Assembly: GCF_036321535.1 (NCBI RefSeq)
Contig: NC_087437.1
Location: 47,246,001-47,310,000 of the forward strand
Source of the DNA: Camelus dromedarius
Taxonomy: Eukaryota
Length of the DNA stretch: 64,000 bases
Reading direction: 5' to 3'
The notes beneath the pieces are model-generated. The model was given only the letters and a program-made list of their open reading frames with translations. It made no database searches and was not told the origin of the DNA. A program made the position numbers and the translations under genes. Each line of letters opens with the position of its first letter. Position 1 is the stretch's first letter. Below are positions 55,811 to 64,000 of the stretch, one piece after another.

Positions 55811-57022
55811 AATGATTTATTTGAGGAAAGTTTTAAAGAACTAGAGCATACAGGAGTAGTCAGGGGTCTTATCTAACCAGTAATAATCGCTTTTCATCTC
55901 AGATCAATTTGGTCCTTAGTTACCATCTTGTACCCACCCAATCAGGGAGTTAGTCCACCCTGAACTCCCCTTGTGGTTTCTTTGCAACTCAAAGCCAGCG
56001 GCAGCCACACCATTTGCCTCTGTCACTTCAAAGATTTCAAAGCTCTGAGCTCTGCTGACAATTTCAGAAAGAGAAGGTATTACTTATTGCTACTGGTTGC
56101 CCTTGCATATTCAATCTTTGCACGAGGGAAAGCTGACATAGATAAGGGTATCTTCAGGCCCCAGGCAGGCTTCCAGATCCACCAGTCATGCCAGCTCTTC
56201 TGAGTGAGGAATAGGGGCAAGAGAAAAGGCTTCAAGTCCTCTCTTTCTGTTACCAATGCTCAAGGCCTAGAGATTCCTGATTTCCAGTCTTAATATTTAC
56301 TGAACACATTTTATTTCCTTATTTTCTTTTACTTATCCTTGGTGATTTACTCCACTCTTTGCTTTCTTACTAATCAATATGACCCTTACATATTTGCGTA
56401 GGTGATTACTTCTTTGTAGTAGTAAAAAAATTATATCAGGCCTGCTGCTTTTTCCTCCCTTTTTGAATCTGACTTCAGAATAATCAAATAGGCTTCACCC
56501 CTTTGTTCAGCCAAATATATTTTTAACAGAACAGGACAGTCTTACACCAGAATGTGATCATTACTGAAATGCAGTGAGGAGAATGTGCTTGTCTTGGAAA
56601 TGACCACAATATATGTTCACTGCCTCTTCCTCCTCACTCTTCTCACTAATCCATTCTTCAGATCAATTTCCCCTTTGGGGACTCTGCAACTTCACTAGGC
56701 ACATTCATCCAAAATGTTATACCTTATTTTCTTTCACTGAAATAATTGCTGAGCTGCATGAGATAGGGAGTTCCCCACCCACCTGTTCTCATTTTCAGAG
56801 AGAAAGTCATTAAATCTTCACTTCAGTTACAGAGCAAATGTTCAGTGTGCCTCTATTAAAAAATATTAACTCAACTTCTTCTAGGGCAGGATCTTTTGCT
56901 TCAGTTACAGACCTACCCTTCATTGCTACACCTCTCTTCACACTGAGCCTTGGGAAGATGGAAGGTAAAAGAAGTAAGGATGAGCAGTGTAAGAAGCAGA
57001 TCTACAGAGCACTTCCTGTGCC

Positions 57023-57388
57023 TGTCTTAGTCCATGCAGGCTGCTATCACAGAATACCACACACTGGGTGGCTTATAAAGAACAGAAATTTATTTCTCCC
57101 TGTTCTAGAGGCTGGGAATTCCAAGATCGAGGCACCAGAGATTCAATGTCTGGTGAGGACCTGCTTCCTGATTCACAGATGGGCCATCTTCTCACTGTGT
57201 CCCCACGTGGTGGAAGAGCTGAGGAAGCTCTCTGGGGTCTCTTCTGCAAGGACACTAACCCCATTCATGAGGGCTCCACCTCATGACCTAACCACCTCTC
57301 AAGTGCCCCTCCTCCTAATACCATCACCTTGGAGGTTAGGATTTCAACTTATGAGTTTTAGGAGGACAGAAACATTCAGTCCATAACA
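57023..57388 (-). mobile_element. MaLR solo LTR (MST/MLT1A-like)
   Basis: tgtcttagtcc...ctgggtggcttataaagaacagaaatttatttctc...aacattcagtccataaca; 366 bp; degenerate 5-bp TSD gtgcc/atgtc. Confidence 0.9.
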
Positions 57389-58715
57389 ATGTCTCAGGCC
57401 CCTGTTCCATAGATCCCCTTTTTCTATCTCACAGTCTTGAGAAATCAGCCAGATCTGGAGGGTCCAAGGAAGAAAAGACCTGGGATTCAGGGAATCCGAT
57501 GGTGTAAGACAGTGGCTCTGTGAGAAATTACACAGAGAGGAACTCTGATCCACTATGGGGCTGAAAGTCCTCTGCTCTCATTCATATTCCAGGAGAGGTG
57601 TGGGCAAGAACTACTCCTAGAAGTGCAGGAACTTCCTTTTTCTCCATTTAAACTTAGGATAACTTTACCACCCCTCTCCCTCCCATTGTTATTAAGAATG
57701 TATCCAAAATGAGCAGACAGTAGGGATAATAGCTCAAAACTATCCTGACAGTTTATATGTCATTTAAATAATTAGGGCAATGTTAAAGGTCAAATGTGTG
57801 TTTCTTCTATCTACCATCTCACTGTTTTCCTTGCCTCTTTGACCTTATTTTAACTAGAAGCTCTTCTCTAAGGTAACAAAAGATTTCAACTTCCAGAGGC
57901 TGACAGGTCTCCCACAACCAACCTCATACAAATGCAGGTAATAGAACTACTTTCTCAACCTGGCTTACTTTTCCCTATGCCAGGTAGTATTTGCAGCCCG
58001 ATTCCAGAAATGCATCCAAAGTTTAGAGACATATCATAACTTTTTTTTTCTTTCTGGAGCAAGAGCTAATATGTGATTCACATGAGAAAAAAACAGGCTA
58101 TTAAAAATGATCAGAAGTTCAATTAATATTCGTTGCCAATTAACCGAATTCATTGTTATGCTGAAGTACTTGATTTCTTTTAAGACATCCCACATTCCTG
58201 ATGCTGGCCAAAAACAGTAAATTAATCCCTCACATCTAGTGTGCTATCTGATACCTAGTAGGTTCCGAACAAATATTATATAAATGAATGCATCAATAAA
58301 TGAGAACCCACAGAAACTATTTAAAAGATAAAGGAAAGGAGAATACTTTTTTTTTAGAAAGGTTGTTGAGGAGGAATGACATAACACTTACACATTAGAT
58401 TAAAGAGAACTTTAACTCCTATTTTACTGAAACCTAAATGCCCTGTATTTCACACTAAAAATAACAGCTTCTTAAAATAGAAATTCTTCTTCTTGAGAGA
58501 TTATCACTTACCATAGTCAGATATATCATTTATACTAAATGGTCACCCTGCTAGAGTATTTGGGGGAACATTTTGAAATGATGAATATGGCTCTTGTCAA
58601 ACATGTTATTCCTTATGTAAATGCAAATTCATTTACAACTGACAAGGTGATAAAGAAAATTAGAATCATTTTGCTTGAGTTTTGACACAGCAAGACATCA
58701 AGGGCAGCTCAGGGA

Positions 58716-58745
58716 CTTTATCCTCCGGGGCTTTATCCTCCGGGG
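58716..58745. repeat. Perfect 15-bp tandem duplication (CTTTATCCTCCGGGG)x2
   Basis: Seen directly. Confidence 0.95.
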
Positions 58746-59559
58746 CTCCCAAGAACAAAAGCCAAACCTCAGCGTGTTGTCTACACCTGGCGCTTCCCTC
58801 TGAGTCCCCGCACACATCCACTGCCTACAGCCCTCTCCCCAGGATGTTTTACTTGGCATTTTCTTTATCTTTCTCAACCCCTCCTCACCTCCCCCCCATA
58901 TCCATTCACCCCACCCGTGCCCCAGAGCAGCAGTCCTTTCACTACATTCCCCACTGCAGTTAATGCTGTCACCATCTACACAGTCTCCAGTGAGAAACCT
59001 GGAAATTGTTTTTACATCCTCTTTCCATCACCTTGTCGCCTTTCTATCAGTTAGCCACCAAATCCTGGCCTGACATCTCCAAACGCTGCCTGGATCTCTT
59101 CCCCCTCTGTTGTCCCTTCTTTCTTCGGCTCTTGCTTGGATTGTTGCCACCACCATCTAATTTCCTGCTTATCACTTCATCCTGCTCTAATTTAACCTCA
59201 ACACTACCTTCAGAGTAATATTTCAAATATATAAATATGATCATGTTGCTTGCTCCCTTGCTTAAAAAATGTGTGATGGATTTCAAAATAAAGTTTTTTA
59301 AAATGCATAAAAGGACTGTATCATCTTCAAGATACAGCCCAGGACCTCTGCATGGCTTCTGCAAGGCAAGTGTGGAACTTTAGAATCTGGTGTGGAATTT
59401 TCAGCATTATAGGATTTCCTGTATGTATCACAATCAAACATACCAGCCAAGAATGTTAATGTGATCTCATGATACCTAAATAGAAAGAAGTTTCAGTTTT
59501 GCCATTCTCAACACTAATCAGATGACACTAGAAGTACTATATTCAGGAAAATAGAGTTT

Positions 59560-59787
59560 TACATTGTTTAAGAGTGTAGCCTCTAAATGCCAGCTGCTGG
59601 ATTCATATCCTGGCTCCTCTGCTTTCCTGCTCTGTGACTTTGGGCAAGCTATTTAACGTTCTTATACTTTAATTTCCTCATCAGGAAGACAGGAATGATA
59701 CGAGTATCTGTTGTTTAAAAATTCTGTGGCAACTAAATTAATTCAAATATATAAAGCAGTATTAAATAATAAATTTTAGTATTATTA
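59560..59787 (+). mobile_element. MIR with altered 3' part
   Basis: tgtgactttgggcaagctatttaac...aatttcctcatc...aataaattttagtattatt. Confidence 0.75.
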
Positions 59788-59799
59788 TGTCCATGATAC

Positions 59800-60210
59800 T
59801 TTAGGGGAGACATTAATCAACGCAACATGGCCTGAGGAGGTGACTAAAATAAGATAAGAAATTGCGATCATGTTACATAAAGAACAGTAGGAAAACATGC
59901 AGTTTACAGTGAAGAAGTACTGGCAGGATAATACAGCTACACTAAAACATCTGGAGAACAATCCAGAGTGTAGAATCAGGAACAATAGTGGAACTCTGTG
60001 AAGACAGATTCCAGTTCATACTACGGAAACACTTTCCATTAAATAGAAATGTCCAACAATTGGAGGGGTTGTCTCCAGAGAAAGTGGGTTCCCTACCACT
60101 AGAGTTTAACCAATAGTTGGATAATTTCTTGTTTAGAGTATTCTAAAGGGATTGATGCATCAGATAATGGGCTGAAGAATAACTTCCAAAGATCTTATGA
60201 GTCTCAGATG
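59800..60210 (+). mobile_element. L3/CR1 3' fragment
   Basis: agacagattccagttc...tgtccaacaattggaggggttgtct...ccctaccactagag resembles the L3 3' end. Confidence 0.65.
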
Positions 60211-60608
60211 ACAGAAGGCTTAACCCATCAGTTAACAGGAAGTAGATGTTTACATTTGGTAAAGCCCGTAAAGCATAAATGTTTGTCACAATGCTAGCTT
60301 AGGTTGCTTTGTCATCCAGTCTCCCTCAATAAACCTGTTTCCCCAGTGCTGTGTAAACTCCAGATCTAGGATACACCCCAACATCCGAAACAATCTTTCT
60401 GGCTCCATGATTCATGATGGACAATTCTAGCCAATGTCCTCAAGTGGCAGCTATCCCTAGCTACTGCAGCTGCATTTCCTTTTATTACTTACAGAAGTTC
60501 CTTGAAAGAAACAATGGCCACTTTCCTTCTCAACAATTTGCTTTCAGTGCTTATTTTCATACTTTAATTCAAATATATAAAGCAGTATTTATATATTTAT
60601 CAAAAAAC

Positions 60609-60767
60609 ATGAAAGCAATATGGCAAAAGAGAGTGTGTGAGGAGAGCTTTATTTTGATCTTATATGAAAGCAATATGGCAATATGGCAAAAGAGAGTGTG
60701 AGGAGAGCTTTATTTTGAAAGCAATATGGTAAAAGAGAGTGTGAGGAGAGCTTTATTTTGATCTTAT
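60609..60767. repeat. Three-copy imperfect tandem repeat (~52-55 bp unit)
   Basis: tgaaagcaatatgg(c/t)aaaagagagtgtgaggagagctttattttga occurs three times. Confidence 0.95.
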
Positions 60768-62276
60768 GTTTCAGTTGAAGTAAGATGAGAAAGTTCAGAA
60801 AGAAATAAATGGGTCATCTTTTGACCTTGACACAACTTGAAGCTTTGAGGTAAATCCATTAAGAAGAGCTACTTGGTTGAGTTCCTTCTATGTGCCAATA
60901 ATAATTTCGTTTTAAAAATAAAGAAACAGGCTAAGGTATGCTTAATTGCCAACTCAAAGCCACACGGTCAATAAGGAGGAAAGCAAAAAATCACACAGTG
61001 ACCAATAAAGATGGAAGGCACTTGCCTCCAAGTCTGTCTCAGTTGTGCCACGACCCTCTCCTTATTTGCTCCAGGCTTACTCCTTGCATCCTAGAGCCAA
61101 GCAAGTCTTAAATCCTCTCAAATCCTGAGAGTAGGGGAGGCCAGCATCTTGTTCTCCATGGTCCTGAACCACCTTTCTCCCCTGGGAACCCACTGAGGCC
61201 AGTCTTTGAATCTGAATTGAACCTTGATGTTAGACTTTGCACTTGCACTTCACTCTTTGACCTGGATTTGTCTGCTGGCTCTGGACTAGCCAGTTAGGAT
61301 GTCACCCCCTATAGCTCTAGCATTCGAACTCAGCTCCTGTTACCTGTCACTGGACTCTTCCTTACCACCGCCCCCACAAGAATGTAATAATTTAATCATT
61401 AGTTTTCAGCTGGGATGACAAGACACAGTGTGCTGTGACTGATTATGAATAGGATAGCGTAACTGGGAGCCTATTCTGCAGCCTGGCCTTGATAATGCCC
61501 ATGAAGTGGAGTGCAAGAAAATATGCATCATGAAGGGGAAAGGATTAAGAATCACTGCTTTAAAAGAGAGACTCATCTTATATTAATATTTAAGAAACAA
61601 AAGGAAAGTGCAATGATGAATCCCACTGCATCAATTATCAACTCTTCCCAAACTTGCTTTTCACAGCTCTACACCCACCACTGCTATATAAACATGGACC
61701 TCTGCTTCAGGAAGCACCAATCTCTCACCCAACCCCCACATACGATGCTCACATCAGTGAGCCTATTCAACTGTCCTTTTCAGAAAGTCTTCCTAACATT
61801 TTTTCTCTTCTTTGGCTATCAGTTTCTCCCTCCTTCAATTGTTGGAGATAGATATTACAACCTTCATTTTTTACAGATAAGGAAATTGAGATTCAGAGAG
61901 GTTAATTAACTCATCCCATGTCACAGAGCAAGGAATGAAAGTGAGAGGTAAAAGAAACCCCTTCTGCTTGATCTATGTTGCCTCTTTCCAATTTAGGGAT
62001 AGATGTGTGGGTTAAAGAATAAATAGGATTTCAAATTCTGTCAGTCACTTATCTTCTTGGTTAGTCTCCCGGATTCTTAGTCCTGAATGTAGAACCCAAG
62101 ATCTTAAATAATGTTGCTATTAATAGCAGGGTGTATGTATATTTTTGAGTTAATCCTTATTGTGTGGTTGGCTCTATTCCTTTGATAACTATGTAAGTTT
62201 AAGAAGCTAAGCTCTAAACATTCTTAGAAATGATGAACAGTACATATATGTAAATTTAAAATTATATGTGCAGTAA

Positions 62277-62809
62277 AAAAAAAATGATCTATCAAGCCGT
62301 GAAAGACACTGAAGAAACTTAAAAGCCATATTACTAAATGAAAGAAGCCAGTCTGAAAAGGCTACAAACTGTACGATTCTAAACAAATGACATTCTGGAA
62401 AAGGCACAGCTACAGAAACAGTAAAAAGATCATGGTTTCCAGGGGTTTGGGGAGAGGGAAGGAGGGAGGAATGAATAGATGGAGCACAAGGAAGTTTTAG
62501 GGCAATTAAATTATTCTGTATGATACTATAGTGGTGGCTACATGTCATTACGCATTTCTCAAAGCCCATAGAATGTACAATATCAGTAGTGAACCCTAAT
62601 GTAAACTATAGACTTCAGTTGATAATAATGTGCCCATGTTGATTCATCGATTGTACCAAATATGCCACACTGATGAGGGATATTCAGGGTAGGGGAGAAA
62701 AATGTGTGGATGGGGAGGGCTATGTGTGAACTCTGTATTTTCTGCTCAATTCTGTTGTGAACCTGAAACTGCTCTAAAAGAATAAAGTTCTATTAAAAAA
62801 AAAAAAAAA
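62277..62809 (+). mobile_element. L1MC1-like 3' end with A-tail
   Basis: ctatcaagccgtgaaagacac...gaaagaagccagtctgaaaaggctac...gtgaaccctaatgtaaactat...ctgctctaaaagaataaag. Confidence 0.9.
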
Positions 62810-62915
62810 GAAGACAACGAAGAAGAAGAAGAAGAGGACTTCAGGATTGATAAGTTGCTGGGAAGAAGGGAAAAGGGAGACAAAAGACGGTGTCCCAACC
62901 ACCCAGTGGCATTAC

Positions 62916-63018
62916 CTCTGCATGTATGAGCGCAGGAGTGTGATTCCCAGCAGGAAGTACATCATGATGGAGCACGCCATCATGGCCAGTCCCAGGAGAA
63001 TGGCCCAGTCCTCTCCTG
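62916..63018 (-). pseudogene. KCNMB2: Orphan fragment of a KCNMB2 coding exon (BK channel beta-2, TM1 region)
   Basis: 63016->62916 translates GEDWAILLGLAMMACSIMMYFLLGITLLRSYMQ + AG|gtaatg; my recalled human KCNMB2 is GEDRAILLGLAMMVCSIMMYFLLGITLLRSYMQS (31/33 identical); the 5' part of the exon and its acceptor are missing. Confidence 0.9.
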
Positions 63019-63037
63019 TGTGAACGCTGTATCTACA

Positions 63038-63107
63038 GCTCAATTCTGTTGTGAACCTGAAACTGCTCTAAAAGAATAAAGTCTATTAAATTATTAAAAA
63101 AAAAAAA
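63038..63107 (+). repeat. Duplicate copy of the L1MC terminal ~53 bp plus A-tail
   Basis: gctcaattctgttgtgaacctgaaactgctctaaaagaataaagt(t)ctattaaa at 62744-62797 and 63038-63090. Confidence 0.95.
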
Positions 63108-64000
63108 GCTACAAAATGTAGATTTGAGCTCTTTAATCAAACCCTTCCAAGGTATTTATATTATTTATGGAGCTTCCTCAGTAATTGAATCATCACATCA
63201 GGCACTTCCCAGACAACTGTGAAAATTTAGGTTTAAAAGATGACTAAATATCCAGTTTAATATTTCTCAAGAGTCTTTCACTATAGAATCCAAGCAGTTT
63301 GAATAGGTTTTTCTTCAACCTGTATCCATCAAAAAAGAATTACAACTCCTATTGCTGAGGTTTTTTTTTTTTCTTTTATCTTCAAGAACAGGCCGTTCCC
63401 ACTAGGTTAAAACAGGATTTACAATTTAAAATATCTTTTCCTTTGCCTGCTTAGTGCCTTTTCCATTGTGAAAACCTACTTTTACAATTACAGACATTTG
63501 CCTTTTACCCACAGCCTTAAAAAAAATTAAAGACCACATTTATAAATGTCTATTGAATATATTTAACTGTGTGAACTAAGAAAATCAAAATACACCAAGT
63601 CTCAATACTGGCATATGGCCTAGAATACCTGATAGCTCTTCCAGCTTTAAAATGCCAATATTCAGTGACTACTCTGAATTCTGTCTCAAATCTCTTCAGT
63701 CAGAATAATGGTCTTAATTTGGCATACTAGATATATTAGGATACATAAGTAAATAAACATTTATTTATGAACGTGAATAGCTATATATATATATATAGAT
63801 AAATAGTTGCTAATAATGTCAGATTCATTATTTTAATTAATCCTCACAATAAATTGATAGAAAAAAGGCCAGAAATTGAACTCAGTTTTTTCTACTTCCA
63901 GAGTTCATGTTTTCTCACCACTGTTGCATATGAAAGACATGAACATAAAACAGGGATCTTTGCTCCAATGGCAAAAAGGAAGGGCTGGGTTACTCGATTT

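Noticed and set aside
56838..57386. 182-aa ORF
   Set aside because: It runs mostly through the antisense MaLR LTR.
60609..60767. CRISPR-like array
   Set aside because: Eukaryotic context, and the units are contiguous with no unique spacers.
62916..63018. Functional KCNMB2 exon
   Set aside because: The 5' half of the exon and its acceptor are replaced by filler and L1 tail, there is an R>W change, and I found no other KCNMB2 exon in the window.

Overview
Mammalian (eutherian) non-coding DNA, AT-rich, CpG-depleted and dominated by transposable elements; it is probably intronic or gene desert. The young L1 3' ends look cetartiodactyl, and I saw no ruminant, pig or whale SINEs, so a camelid is a tentative inference. 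No intact host gene is visible. The main element is a full-length but inactivated ~7.5 kb LINE-1 (30518-37987, +) with a perfect 13-bp target-site duplication. Around it are truncated L1s, many ancient L2, MIR and L3 fragments, solo LTRs and DNA-transposon relics. The most unusual item is at 62744-63107. A ~200-bp captured fragment encodes, on the minus strand, the TM1 part of a KCNMB2 (BK channel beta-2) exon with its splice donor and adjoining presumed intron, and it sits between two ~53-bp copies of an L1MC 3' end. Several other short locally templated duplications (45726/47186, 59738/60564, 60609-60767) look like DNA-repair scars. Repeat family names come from recalled consensus sequences, not a database search, and old-repeat boundaries are approximate.
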